A DNA stretch of 64,000 nucleotides from Anthoceros angustus (lineage: Eukaryota; Plantae; Anthocerotophyta): contig MU008175.1 in the NCBI GenBank assembly GCA_010909165.1, positions 124,001 to 188,000 on the forward strand. The letters run 5' to 3'. This document shows, piece after piece, positions 51,751 through 64,000 of this stretch; within the stretch, counting starts at the first letter, position 1, and every line of letters starts with the position of its first letter. Position numbers and translations under genes: made by a program. Under the pieces are notes generated by a model. The model saw nothing but the letters and a program-made list of their open reading frames with translations, was not told where the DNA came from and made no database searches.

Positions 51751-51905
51751 CCTTCCGTTGCGGATGGCCACAAACGGTAAGAACTACGTACAGCCACAGT
51801 CGTGCGTTGTAAATGGAACGGGAAAAAATGAATGTAACAATGTGGTATACACTAGTGATACACAAGCGCATCCCTGCTGATGATCAATCAGCAGGAATGG
51901 AAGAA

Positions 51906-52538
51906 TCAAAGACTACTCCACAGACTCGGGACGTCCTGCCTGGCATCGCCATTGGAACTGCTCCGGCAAGCCTGGCCAAGAAGCCGACCGCCCCAAGGTG
52001 CAGAGGGAGGGCTCACAGTCAGGGAATCGCAGATCTCTGTCTTGGTCAGGGTCCAGCTGATCCAGCCTCCTCTCTGCAATCGGTATTTCCTGGCGCTCAG
52101 CTCGGCGCTCATCCACATCACGTTGTCCTGGAGCTGCTGGCTCACAGCCTGTGCGGCTTTGTCCGGCAACTTCACGCCCGAATTCACCACCCTAACCACG
52201 TAAGAGACGACGCTGTGGTGGCCCTGCTGTATGCCGTCAAGCGAGCCCTGGCCGAGCCCGACGCCATTGAATCCACGGAGCTTCACGTTCGCGTAGCCGG
52301 ACTTCACCCGCACAAGGCCGTTGGGGTTGTGCACCGTCATCGTCACGTTCATGTCCAGCTTGAGGTAGCCTGTACTGTTGTCCATGGAGAGCTCGGCGAC
52401 GCTGATGTCGGCTAGAGACACCCGGACGGTGCGAGGGAAGCAGATGGCGAAGAGGAGGAGCAGGAAGATGAAACAGAGGAAGATCACCAAACTCCAGAGG
52501 AAACATTTGCACCAACATTTGTCCGTACAGGAAGCCAT
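51906..52538 (-). CDS. LEA_2/NHL-like membrane-anchored protein
   Basis: Cys-rich N-terminus, one TM helix, FP, and VTMTVHNPN motif; single 210-aa ORF. Confidence 0.75.
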   Translation of the reverse strand: MASCTDKCWCKCFLWSLVIFLCFIFLLLLFAICFPRTVRVSLADISVAELSMDNSTGYLKLDMNVTMTVHNPNGLVRVKSGYANVKLRGFNGVGLGQGSLDGIQQGHHSVVSYVVRVVNSGVKLPDKAAQAVSQQLQDNVMWMSAELSARKYRLQRGGWISWTLTKTEICDSLTVSPPSAPWGGRLLGQACRSSSNGDARQDVPSLWSSL

Positions 52539-52810
52539 GGCTGCCGATTGCTGTCACGGCAGATGCGCATCTCTGCCTTCAGAAAACCAAACAAGAAAGC
52601 TCAGCCTTCTCCTCCCTCCACGGCCTACAAGAGGGCTTGCCATCCACTTCCCTTCGCAGGGACGAAACCGCGTGGCCATCCCGGAGAAGACGGCGCCTTC
52701 ACACAGTAGAAGCATGTGGGAGTAAACGCGGCGAAACTCGCAGTCGTGCAAACCAAGTTATCCGCAGGTGGGAACTGTGTCACGTCTCAAGCGTTGGACG
52801 CGGTCGCGGG

Positions 52811-53962
52811 ATGGTGGATGTGGTTCAGCCGGTTGCCATGACGCTGCTGCGGCGTTGCGTGCTCGAGGTGGCGCGCAATCTGCCCGCCTTCGCTGGCCAG
52901 CTCCATGCCCTGCCTTTGGAGCTGGCGGTGATGGTTTTGCAAGAAATCGTGGAGCACCGGCCTAGTCACAGGAGGATTGTGGCGGAGTTGCAACTGTTCT
53001 GTCAGGTTTTCTGGTCTCCCAAGAGCATCTCCTTGGCTAATGTGGCACGGGTGAATGGTGCCGGGCTGTTTTGTCTGCACATGGCAGGGAGGGCACTGGA
53101 GAGCTTGGATTTGAGCGATTGTGTGTGGCTGGACAGTCTTTACTTCCTGCCGGGTCTGTCGCAGTTGCGGTGCCTGGATCTGCGAGGGTGCCGGCTCCTG
53201 CCTGGGGATTGTTTGGTGTCCATCAAGGCCCTGCCGCAGCTGGAGTGCCTTGATCTGGAGGATGTGGCGAGCATTAAGGATTCTGCGGCTGCTTACCATA
53301 TCGCAACCATGCGCAGGCTTCGTGCACTGAATGTTAGCGGGACAGGTGCCGGGGACCAGCTCATCGACGCACTCACGTACGGGGCCAGGTTGCGCAATTG
53401 GGCGGGCGACAAGGGTGGCGTTGCAGTGAGAGAGGGGGGAAATGTCGAAGGGGATGATGCTTCGTCTTCCAGCACGGGTTTGGATTATGTGCAGAGTTTG
53501 TTGCTCAGTTGGCCCACATCCCAGCTGGTGCATTTGAGAATGCAGGGCACTACAATTACCAAGGAATCTGTGGTGAAATTGCTAGCTCTGCCTAACTTGC
53601 TCCTCCTCGATGTGCGGAACACAAGCATTGCAAGTAGGTCTCTTGCTTCCCTTGCTGCAAAGTATGGCCTCACTGCCCTGCCCGAAAACCCTAAGTTGGT
53701 AGCTCGTTCCAACAGCGTCATGGCAGCCACTCTTCGAGGTGCTTGTGGGTGTCGCGCAATGGATAGCATTCAATCCAAACCTTGTAGATCGGATCAGGGG
53801 AAGGGGGATCATTTTGTGGAATGGGAGCGAGCAGGAGTTGTTATGTTGTTGCAAGAGGCGAGCTGCGTTATCGGGGGACCTTCCAGTGCTCGGGATTTTT
53901 GGAGGCCATGCCAGAGCTTGCACCCAGCCAATACCAGACGGGTGGTGAGTTACGGAGGCTGA
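52811..53962 (+). CDS. Leucine-rich-repeat (RNI-like) protein
   Basis: SxLxxxC-like N-terminus (TLLRRC..LPLEL) and repeats LESLDLSDC, LRCLDLRGC, LECLDLED, LRALNVSGT, LVHLRMQGT, LLLLDVRNT; likely ATG at 52811. Confidence 0.8.
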   Translation: MVDVVQPVAMTLLRRCVLEVARNLPAFAGQLHALPLELAVMVLQEIVEHRPSHRRIVAELQLFCQVFWSPKSISLANVARVNGAGLFCLHMAGRALESLDLSDCVWLDSLYFLPGLSQLRCLDLRGCRLLPGDCLVSIKALPQLECLDLEDVASIKDSAAAYHIATMRRLRALNVSGTGAGDQLIDALTYGARLRNWAGDKGGVAVREGGNVEGDDASSSSTGLDYVQSLLLSWPTSQLVHLRMQGTTITKESVVKLLALPNLLLLDVRNTSIASRSLASLAAKYGLTALPENPKLVARSNSVMAATLRGACGCRAMDSIQSKPCRSDQGKGDHFVEWERAGVVMLLQEASCVIGGPSSARDFWRPCQSLHPANTRRVVSYGG

Positions 53963-54636
53963 CGGCATCATACTGATGCTTCTGCAAGCTTTTCTTCCAA
54001 GAGTTCTGATAACATCATTGAAGGTATGCAGAGCTTTGTGTTGTAAATAGGTGGCAGCTTTGGACCGAACGCTGGCCATCAGCACTTTTCGTTGGCACAA
54101 GGCAATTGAGCAAGAGTAACGTTTGTAACCGTTTCAAGTCGAGATGGGAGTTGTTCTTGTGACTTATTGAACCCGAAGGGCAGTCTGGAGGTTACAACTT
54201 CCGTAGTCTGTACATGACGCTCACAAGGCAGGGCAGCGTTCTGACAGTTGTGGGCCAAAGATCAAGGTCCATTTGCGACACTACATGTCCTAGCAGAATC
54301 ATTGCCCAAACCATAGGAACTGGTGTAGCGTACTTGCTCAAACAAAATTGCCTTTTCTGTAAAAGAGGAGGATCAGCCTCAACAGATTTCAGTGCAAATG
54401 CATCAACTATCATACAAATCTGGGAGCTGCTACGACACCTGTAATTACTTCTCTCACACATCAGTGTTGCCCTTTCAGGAGGCCACGCCCGTTGATCGCC
54501 TCCAGTGCCCGTACCTTCGCCAACTGCTCTCCGTCCCTTCCCTTCCCTCTCCGGGTGACCAATAGCGAAGTAGTACCGTGAGGTTTCTTTCTTGTCGTTA
54601 ACTCAACTCTCGTCTAACCCAGATAATGCTGGGTCA

Positions 54637-57439
54637 TTACTGCTTCCGCCGGACCACCATATTCGGACTGAGCGCCTTCATTCTGTGAAGGTGGCAACTT
54701 CTCATATGGGCCTTCAGGGACTCTGGCTTGAAGCTTCTGCCGCATTGTCTGCAAGTCATGGGGCATACATGTCGGTTAAAGAAAAGGACACACGAAGAGT
54801 AAAGATCTGAAATGGCAGCGAACGTTATTCGCACGAGGTTCTTGGGTTCGGACACTTACAGGCAGTCCTGCTGCCTGAACTCCTGAGCAGGAAGCATGGA
54901 GTCTGCACTATCTTGAAGGGTTCTCCCGTCGACGCTGTTTCTGGACCAGTCGATGCTGCTTCGGGACCAATCGACACTGTGCCGTACACAATCCACACTG
55001 CTCCGTCCGGGAGTGTAAATCCTGCACGTAGGAAGGGCCGAGTCAGCTCTGTAGCACAAATCCTACATATCTGGCCCGAGAGTTGCATGTTGCACATACA
55101 ACAAATGGATGCCTACCTTTCTGGTCGAGGCTTCGAATCAGGCCTGGGAGAACTTGTGTCCTGCCACCACTCCAAAGTGGACTTGGGAGAAGCCTTGTCC
55201 GAAACATACTTGACCCCAGTGGATGTAGACAAGAGCTGCTTGGCCACAGCACGACTTACATTGGAGACTCTCGGACTGGCCAAGTCCTTGACTCCGTCCT
55301 TGGGAGTGGTCCTGACTCGCAGCTTGGTATCATTGAGGCCCTTGTGGAATCCTGGAGGTAGAACCTTGCTTGCGTTACCATCTTTTCCTTCAGAACCAAG
55401 CTTGCAGTCTAGCTCGAGGTAATCCCCCTCCAATCCACCAAAGGAGTGCCTTGAACTGCCACAAGGAAACAAGGAACACTTTCTGTCAGACTCAATTGAA
55501 CACACTCTAAACAAACACTGGAGCGATTGCGCTTGCCTTCAACAAAATAACATACCCGAAGGATGCTCTGGGAGTGCTGCTGATCTCTCCAGAGGACGAT
55601 GTCTGAGTTGCTGAGGTAGTCTGCACTGAAGCCCCGGAATTGCTGCCTTCGCATGAACCACTCTCCACTGCAGACGAAGAGTAAGATCCTGCAGGCGAAG
55701 TGCACGCCCCACCTGAAGACACCGACATGGTAGGGGAAGGGCAGGACTGAACCCGCCCGAGCCTGATGCTGGGTAGAGCTGGAGCATCGGTCTCTGTAGC
55801 CACGGTCGCTGACGTCTTCAATTCCGCCGGTGGGCAGGGAGCCACTGTCAGGGGCTGGCTCCGAGTCTGAAGAGGAGAAGATTGTCTGGCCTTCGGGGTC
55901 GAGTCCTCCTCCGCCCGCTCTGCATTCTGACGCTCATGGGCCACTGCTGCTGCTGCGGCTGCTGTTGCTGCCGCCGCCGCCTTGGCACTGGACTTAGACT
56001 TGCTTCTCCACAGCCAGCCCGGGGTGACAGGCGTTGAGGAAGGATGGTCCGGGGACAGAGTGGTGACTTGCGACCTGATATCCACCACCCCACAAAGCAT
56101 CTGACGGAAGGAGTGGTGCTTCCCTCTGGACCGGCTGGAGCTGACGGTCCCGGACCCAGAAGACTGCTCGTCCTCATCTCCGGCGAATCTCCCCAGCCGA
56201 ATTCGGGTGAGCATGTTCTTCTCCACGAGACCCGGACCAGCCGGGACGGACGCCTCGGGGGTGGAAGGAGGAGTGATAGCCCTGCTGGAGCCGGCGTGCG
56301 GAGTCCGGGGAGACTTGCAACCAGTCCCGCACTGGCTCAGGTGGGACAGACTCCCGATTCTGGAGATTGATCTGGACTTGAGGGGCGGCAGGTCATCCTC
56401 ATTGCTTCCCTCGTCCTGGGCCTCTGTCTGGGTTGCAGCGTCGGCCGCCTTGTCGGTTGGGGCAGGAAGCCTGGGCCTCTGGTACACTTTGCAGTCGGAG
56501 GAGTTGGAATCCTCCGACAGGTGGTGGTCGCTGGAGATGCTGATGCTGCACTCGTCCGCCTCCTTGGCCAAGGACAGGCTGTTCATCACCTGCTGGTTCA
56601 AGCTGTTGCTGAGGGAGTTGTTGGCGGCCAGCTTGCTGAGATCATTCACCAGGAGCATGGTGCGGGAGGATTTGGACTGGGAGTGCGGGCCGCGGTGGAG
56701 CTGGTAGTCCGGCCCACTGGAGGGAGCGCTGCAGGTAGCCCGCGGCCCCTCTCCCTTGAGCTTCTTGGAGAAGGAGGTGGCGGACTTGTCCTTGACCTGC
56801 TCCTTGTTGGCCTCAGCCTTGTCTGCAACAAAGGCAACAATGCATGCGAACCCGAATGAGGCTTCCGGAAGCAGACTGCGGAAGGGAAGCTACCAGAATG
56901 AGATCTATCTCGCTGGAAGTAGAAGAGATGCGATACCTTCGCATTCATCGTCGTAAATTTCAGAGCCCTTCATGATGCACTCCCCCGTGGGCACTGGCAG
57001 GATGGGGTCGTCATCGCTGGACAGGTCATTCCAGATGTAGTTGTTCTTGTAGAGCCTGGCGGAGAGAAGCAAAAGGAAGGAAGCAGCAGGAATTGTGTGA
57101 GAGCGCGCGGGGAAAGCGAGGGGAAACGATGAGGAATCAGGGAGGCTGGAAAAGTGAGCAACCTTTTGTAGGACCAGCAGAAGGAGTCGGCCATCCCCCT
57201 CCCACGGACCTGTGCAAGCCGCTTCTTGACATCTGCAAAACAATCCCGGACCGCCGGAAGTGAGGAAGCCAGCTTGCAGGCAGGGCAGCGGTGACAAGAA
57301 GGGGAATCCGGTGGCAACAGATCCCTTTACCTTGCAGCAGCACATGGTGCTGCTCTGCCGGGAACTTCACCTCAATCATATGAGGATGTTCCATCTGCCC
57401 GGCCCTGCTGAGGTAGTAGACAACCCGCACCATCTCCAT
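54637..57439 (-). CDS. SOK: SOSEKI polarity protein (DIX-like DUF966, CG motif, C-terminal zinc finger), 7 exons
   Basis: Exons 57439-57331, 57232-57163, 57055-56937, 56822-55556, 55455-55117, 55021-54860, 54748-54637, in frame. VVYYLSRAGQMEHPHMIEV..DVKKRLAQVRGRGMADSFCWSYKR.YKNNYIWNDL; FRQMLCG; CLQCGRSFKPESLKAHMRSC. Confidence 0.92.
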
Positions 57440-59709
57440 AGCACCGGCCGAGCTGACTCAGAATCCGAAGCTACAGAAAAAGGAAGGGGAATTGGAATCC
57501 CTGGGCGGCAGGAATTGCCCCTCCTCCCCCCACAGGAACAAAGACGCGAGCCGACGAGAAGCAGGGAGGGCAGTCAGCGGGCCTGGCAGCAGAGCGGGAA
57601 TGCCATGGGCAGCGAGTCGAATTGCAGGCCGAGAACAAAGGGCGAGAGCGATTGGCAGGGAAGGCGTCGCTGGAAAGCGCAGGAGGCGATAAATGCGCAG
57701 CAAGTTAAACGGGAATGGGTGTCGGCGGGGAGACAAGAATTGAATGCGGGAGGTGTAAAAATAGGCAAAGGCTGCAGCGCAGTGATGGCGAGGCAGCCTG
57801 AAGGCAGCGTGGAAATCGGGATTACGGCAATGATGTGGAGCCTCGGCTCACCTCGCCTCGCCTCGGCTGCGCGACGGGCAGTGTGCAACGACGGGATGCC
57901 GGAGTCCTGGCGCGGGACCCGGGAGAAGCAGAAGGAGATGCGGCGGCGAGGAGGAGGAAGCCGGAGGTGGGCGATGGCAGAACGGAGAGAGCCCGAGAGA
58001 GGGAGGAGAGCAGAGCAGAAAGAGGAGGAGAAGAGCTGATGGGAGGTTTGAAAGCAAGCCGGGGAGAGTTGCGTGATATATGGAGGGAAAGGGGAGGGGC
58101 GAGGCAGAGACGGCAGCAGCCGCAGCAGCGACAGGGCGGAGAGCAGAGCAGAGCAGAGAAGAGAAGAGAAGAGAAGAGAGGAGCTTCTCTCTTTGCAGCT
58201 GCTGCTGCTGTTGCTAGCTGCTACCTGCAAGCAGGCAGGCTGCAGCTAGCTGCTAGCTGCTGCAGTGCGTGAAGATCATCATTCCACGCAGGTGACGGTA
58301 AGGTCAGGCCAAGGCTGCCGCGGGCCGCGCCTCCCTTGCGGAAACGTTTACTCGGGGGAAACGGTGAAGGAAGAAAGGGCAGGCGCTTGCAATGGCAGTG
58401 ATGAAGCAGACTGCGTGCGTGCGCCTTGATCGGTGTGGAATTCGAACAACCCGGCCTCCTGGCTTCCGAATCATTCATTCCAGTTTCACGTTTCACGCTC
58501 CGTCGGTCGGACGCCGCGCGCCTGGTGTTGGTAAGGTTTGTATGTACGTAAACGCGTGTGTGTATATACGTACTGTACATGATATAAATACGGGAATACC
58601 CACGGGTGGTACAAGGTGAGAATTGCTTTCCTTACAACACCCGGGATGTGAGCGTGGCGGGTGAGGTCCGAGGGGAGGGCGTGTCAGGGAGGGGGACCTT
58701 TTTTCGAAAGGAGGAAATAAAAAAATGGTGGTCGCGGGGTCCGGACGGGAGTGCTCGTCAGCCCGGCCGGAAAATTGGAGACTGCAGACTGCAGAGGCGA
58801 AGGGGCATGTGGGGGTCCGCTCCGCGCCTTCGCAAGATGCAGCAGACAGCTTGCTCTGCTCGCCTTGCCTGCCTTGCCATGCCCTGCCCTGCCCTGCCCT
58901 GCCCTGCCCCGCCCTGCCTTGGGCCAATCCGCGGATCCGTCCTCGGGACTCGGGGCCGTCAGTCGGCAAAAGCAAGATGCAAAGAACGAGCAACGCAACA
59001 AGACGCAAAGGAAAGCAAAGCAAAGCAACAGCAGCCTGGCATGCACCGTTGTGCACGCAGCTGCACACACTGCCACAACACAAGACGGCAGCCCGGCTCC
59101 TACAGGCTACATGCTACATGCTACAGGCTACAGGCTACAGGCCGCTGGATGCACGCTTGGGGGATATCTATGCCGCCTGTGCTCACCCTAGTCTCCTTGT
59201 ACATACATATCTAGACAGTACATGTTTCTTCAACCCCAAATCTGCGCACCAGACTGCAGGGCTCCTCCGCTCTGCACTGGTACTGCCCGGTGCAGCGCTC
59301 CCTCCACATCTCCTCGGGTGGAAAGGAGCAGCACCAAGTCGAGGTGCCGATTTTGGAGGGAAACCAAACAAATTGAAGAAGACAAGTGCAGTCTGCTGGC
59401 CTGCTGCACAGTCCCAGAGAGCAAGTGCAGAGCAGACATTCATGGACAGGCCTGCGGGGCGTGGTTCCGCGCCCCGCGCCCCGCGCCCCGCTCCTCCCAG
59501 GAGCTTCTCGCACCATTTAATAATTCCTCTCGTACGCCCCGCTCTCGTAAATACTCCACGCCTACGGCAGCGCCATACCAATAATCATCCATCCAAAATT
59601 TCAAACCCGAATTCGAATTCCACCTCCAAACTCCCCGGGCAGGTATTGTACAGTACCCGTGTACATATGTACATATGTACATACAGTACATCGCACCGAT
59701 TGTACACCA

Positions 59710-59943
59710 GGTATGTACGTACATAACTCCGTCCGTCGTACCTCGTACATGCAGTAGTATGTAGGTACATTTCAGCTCCACCCAGGACGGTAACTCACAC
59801 GCAGGGACGTACGTGTGGTTGATTTTGGTATGTACGTACATAACTCCGTCCGTCGTACCTCGTACATGCAGTAGTATGTAGGTACATTTCAGCTCCACCC
59901 AGGACGGTAACTCACACGCAGGGACGTACGTGTGGTTGATTTT
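59710..59943. repeat. Perfect two-copy 117-bp tandem duplication
   Basis: GGTATGTACGTACATAACTCC...GTGTGGTTGATTTT starts at 59710 and 59827. Confidence 0.95.
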
Positions 59944-60514
59944 ACATATAAAGCTACATAAATAAATTATGTGGCAACATAGCAGTCACAGTAACAGGTA
60001 GGTGAAAGCCCCTGAGGCTGAGAGCCCAATGTGCCAGACTGCCAGTGCCGAGTGCGGTGCGAGAACGAGACGGAACGGTTGCAACGCCGTGCGCGTCACC
60101 CAATCATTGACCCCCCAATAAATAACAGGTAACAAAACAACATTACGGTCGGGTAAGTTTGTCGCTATGCTGCTGCTCCACCATGATGCCGGGCAGGCAC
60201 TCATGGCCATGGGCCATGGGCTGCCATGGGCTGCCATGGGCCACCCGGGCCAAACAAAAGGGGCAAGATTCTCTCCCCTCCTCTCCCCTCCTCTCCCCTC
60301 CTCTCCCCTCCTCTCCCCGTCGCACAGTGCACTCTAGTGCAGTGGAACGACATGATGGCATTTTCCCCCATTCCCGCATCCCCACGTCCCATGTCCGCTT
60401 TCGAGCTTGGCTTTGCACTTCACAAATTCCTATCCACCTATCCAATGTGTGTCCAAATGGCTTAGGCCAGATGGACCCACATTTATAAGAACGTAGCTAT
60501 TAAGCGCTTAGATC

Positions 60515-61038
60515 CATACTTAGATGGGATCCCTGAATTGAGATGGGATCCCTGAATTGAGATGGGATCCCTGAAGGGAGATGGGATGCCTGAAGGGAGT
60601 GGATACCCTTGGTGGAAATAGCTTGGGCATGCGCTTAGATCGATACTTAGATGGGATCCCTGAAGGGAGTGGATACCCTTGGTGGAAATAGCTTGGGCTC
60701 ACCATGGTGCAAGTTGTTAAGTACTTAGATGGAATCCTTGAAGGAAGTAGATACTCTTGGTGGAAATAGCTTGGGCACAACATGGTGCAAGTTAATAAGT
60801 ACTTAGATGGAATCCCCGAAGGAAGTGGATACCCTTGGTAGAAACACCTTGGGCACATCATGGTACAAGTTGTTAAGTACCAAGTACGCTTAGATCGATA
60901 CTTAGATGGGATCCCTAAAGGGAATGAATATCCTTGGTGGAAGTAGCTTAGACACACCATGGTACAAGTTGTTAAGTATCAAGTCCCATGACAGAAAAAT
61001 TCCCGTCCAAGTGGAGTGAAATATATTCTTTTCTTCTC
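60515..61038 (+). repeat. Minisatellite-like array (~75-bp units and sub-units) ending in the (TTC)n-tailed repeat
   Basis: TACTTAGATGG(G/A)ATCCCTGAAGG..GGATACCCTTGGTGGAAATAGCTTGGGC..CATGGTGCAAGTTGTTAAG repeated about 5 times. Confidence 0.85.
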
Positions 61039-62007
61039 TTCCCGCCGTTGGACGGCACGGCCATACAAATTGTTTTTCTGTGCACGGGGAGGGGAGGCGG
61101 CCACGAACTGCGGTGCGCGCCGTTGGTCGCTCGCCTCCTCCCCGGGTGGGCGCTGGGAAGCGTGCACTGGGAAATTGGAATGCGAAATTCCGGATGGGGA
61201 GGAAGTTGGAACCTGTGTGCCATTTACTGTAGTACGCACTGGCAGTGGCAGTGGCAGTGGCACCGGCGTCCCCGCTCCCACTCATTTTTTTTATTATTTT
61301 ATCCCCCACCCATTTTATTCCCCTCCCCGGCCTGCGCTGCAACAGCCTCCTGCAGTCCGTTCGATTTTCGAGACGTCCGTGAAACTGTGATGACAAAGCG
61401 TTCCGGGCTTCCGGCGCGCACTGGCGACATTAATTAACGGCAGGCGGTCAGTTAAGCCGCCGTTACGCTCTCGGGCACCCAACCGCTGGCCGAACTGTCC
61501 TGCTAGGTTCATCGTAGCGTCGTTTTCATGGATGCTCGGCTCGGGAGGAAGACTTGCACCTCATGGTCGCACACATTTATTTTATTTTATCTTTTTTAAG
61601 TATTATTCAAGAAGAAGAAGAAATATTTAAATATATTAAAATAAATTTTTGTCATGAACTAAAATATGATAACTAATAGATTGTGATAAAATAGTCAAGA
61701 GCTTGAGGTATGCATACAGTTACTTTATTTTATCTCGTTTAAGCGTGGGTGAGGGGGAGCGGTACGTTGGGTTCCACGTTGCGTTTGCAATGATATCGGG
61801 AGGTACAGCGGGTGCGAGCCTGCGCTTTCTGGCCAGCCAGCCAGCCAGCCAGCCTTCCCCGGTCACCAGCTGGCCGCCACTGATTGCTCCACCAGCTGCA
61901 AGGCTGGGTGGAAAATGTCACAATTATTTGGCCTGTCCGCCGGGGGATAGGGTAGGATATGGATAGCCGTGTCGCGCGCGGCCGTTGATATTTTCGTTTC
62001 CCGGCCG

Positions 62008-62085
62008 CGACGGGGACGGGGACGGGGACGGGAACGGGAACGGGAACGGGAACGGGAACGGGAACGGGAACGGGAACGGGGACGA
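62008..62085. repeat. Hexamer microsatellite (GGGGAC/GGGAAC)n
   Basis: About 12 tandem units. Confidence 0.95.
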
Positions 62086-62948
62086 TGGACGGGGGCCGAG
62101 CACAGCGGCCCGGAACGGGTCGCGTCCGGAGTAAAGACGAGACGCGACGCCATCCCCTCACCGGCCACCATCCTCGTCATGGCGATCATATGCAGCCCCA
62201 AACGGCCTGCTTTGCGAGGCCGGTTAGATGCACCAAACGGTCCGCACGTGCACACCGTCTTTCACTCCATGGAGACGTGCACTTCTCCGCCCGCCAGCTC
62301 TACCCCTTCACTCCCGGCCCGCGCAGCACCACGTCATCCACGGCCGGCGCTTTCACGGAAACTCCACATATCTTGCAAATGCAAGCGGATGCAAGCGGAA
62401 TCCCTCGCGAAAGTGATCGGTTGTGCAAGTGTTCGGCAAAGTAAAAATACGAGTCCTTTGATTTGTGAGAGTTTCTTTTTCGCGCAAGACAACTGTTATT
62501 ATCCTATCGTATTATATTGAAGCATTTTTTTTTTCACCTCTTCATCTTATCCACCCAATCCTCGTTGCACAGCGCATCACACATACATTCACTCCTGCAT
62601 CATGGAATGTCCGAAAATGGGAGTGAAAGCACAGCTTTTTTTTCAGGAAATAAGAGGAATTAAAATAAATATGCCAGACTACCGACACATTGTGATATTA
62701 CTCTCCATCGTAAACAGGATCCGAACATTGTCAAGATGAAAGGCGCCGAACGGACCGGACGGCTCATATAAATGTCTATTCTAACTTATCCATGGTCCGA
62801 AGATGTGCATTTGGGGTTGAGGATCGGCGTGAGGAGGAATACATTGTGTCCGACCTAGATTAGTCAATAGCCCATAGTGGCAAAGTACACTTGTGCTAGG
62901 ATGACCAGGCGAAGACCACTTATTATATCTGACAAGATTGCGTGCTGA

Positions 62949-63850
62949 CTAAACAGACCTAGCATGTTTCTGTCTAGCAGGGGTTATGTGTATTTGCAGT
63001 GTCAAGTTTAGCCTAGGTAGCTCATCATCGGAATCGAGCCCTGCACCCTCCTTGTCATCCGCAAAGACATTTGGTCCATTAAATTTCGATAAGTCAAGAT
63101 AAGGCATTAATCTCTCATTGCTAGATCGATCCAACCCGTCTTCCCCGATATTTTGTCTAGCAGTGTAGTTGAACAGGTTCTCCCGAATTTGCTCATGGGA
63201 CTCCTTCCTCGATTGTTTTCGACGAGTAGGTATGAAACCATATAATAGGATCATTGTTTCACTAACAAACAACTGCTAGAGGTTCGTTGGACTAGTTGCA
63301 CGTCATCTGGCACCTTTCCTACTCCCCTCCACAGTCGTAGAGCCGGTCCCAACCTTTACTTCTTGCATACATCAGCCCTCAAGGGCATCTGTATGATTCG
63401 TGATCCACCAATGCACCATTAAATATGACTTCTCGCAGCTGAAAGCCACTTCCTCTACTCTTGCGATCCAGAACAGCTATTCTGCACATTGGCTTCACAA
63501 AGAAAAAAGACCATCATGCTAGCACAAATCTCTTCCACATCTCCATTTATGGCCTCTTCCTCTCTCTTCAATCGCTTTATCTGCTGGTCAGGTTCGAGGT
63601 ACATGTTTCCAACAGGCATCTATCTGTGGAGGTATTCAAATACCTAGTCCAATAGCGTCTGTGTAGAAAGGGGTTTCTCCTGTCAAAAGGGGTTTTGGAA
63701 AAAATCCCAACCCTATTTCGCTGGAAATTGAAGTGGTTTGGTTTTTGTTGGTTTTTGTAGGTGTTCATCCATCGGTTTCGGGCATTCTCGGCTCCGGCAC
63801 CACTTCCTGTCGAGTCATTTACACCGCGCTGGCGCCTTGTACTCAGGTTC
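62949..63850 (-). pseudogene. Decayed ORF, possibly a transposase C-terminus related to 16033-17078
   Basis: Fragments LFWIARVEEV and ILLYGFIPT..EQIRENL followed by an acidic DSDD tail parallel PFWI..AIRDKL..EDSDD in the TIR element; many stops. Confidence 0.3.
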
Positions 63851-64000
63851 ATGGCGATTTAGACGGTGTGATGAAGGGCCAGTGACCTCATTGTTCCATA
63901 ATTTCCTCATATCCGTAGTTTCTGCATTTTGTGTGGTTTTATATGTTTTTGTATAAGAGGGGGGCCTAGGTGCGCATAAGTGCGCGCCTAAACAACGCTA

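Noticed and set aside
60515-60980. CRISPR-like array
   Set aside because: Degenerate tandem units without unique spacers, no cas genes, eukaryotic context.
57458-62520. Numerous 100-330 aa ORFs upstream of SOSEKI
   Set aside because: Microsatellite-rich GC sequence ((GCCCT)n, (GAGCA)n, (GGGAAC)n) without domains or splice-consistent structure.

Overview
Eukaryotic nuclear DNA from a land plant. SOSEKI, B3 and SYP7 genes with short GT-AG introns are present; a non-seed-plant origin is my inference, not proven. Host genes: the last exon of an ASCC2-like gene, a 9-exon SYP7 syntaxin head-to-head with SF3B1, a B3-domain gene, a LEA_2-like gene, an LRR gene and a 7-exon SOSEKI gene. About two thirds of the window is nested, decayed transposons: a Tc1/mariner-type MITE, two CRE-like non-LTR retrotransposons, a MULE transposase, an LTR-like repeat with a coiled-coil ORF, and two elements carrying DNA methyltransferases. 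(1) 34120-47345 is a Ty3/gypsy-type element (TGTC...GACA ends, 4-bp TSD CATG) with the order gag?-protease-C5 cytosine methyltransferase-RT-RNase H-integrase-PHD finger-unknown ORF. Its terminal repeats are split direct repeats (X1-ORFs-Y1-X2-Y2) rather than normal LTRs. (2) 15628-19554 is a TIR DNA transposon (2-bp TSD) carrying a beta-class N6-adenine/N4-cytosine methyltransferase divergent from a transposase remnant, separated by an extremely GC-rich palindromic tract. The 33-49 kb region is full of small indels and kb-scale tandem duplications and may contain assembly error. All domain calls are by eye; no searches were run.
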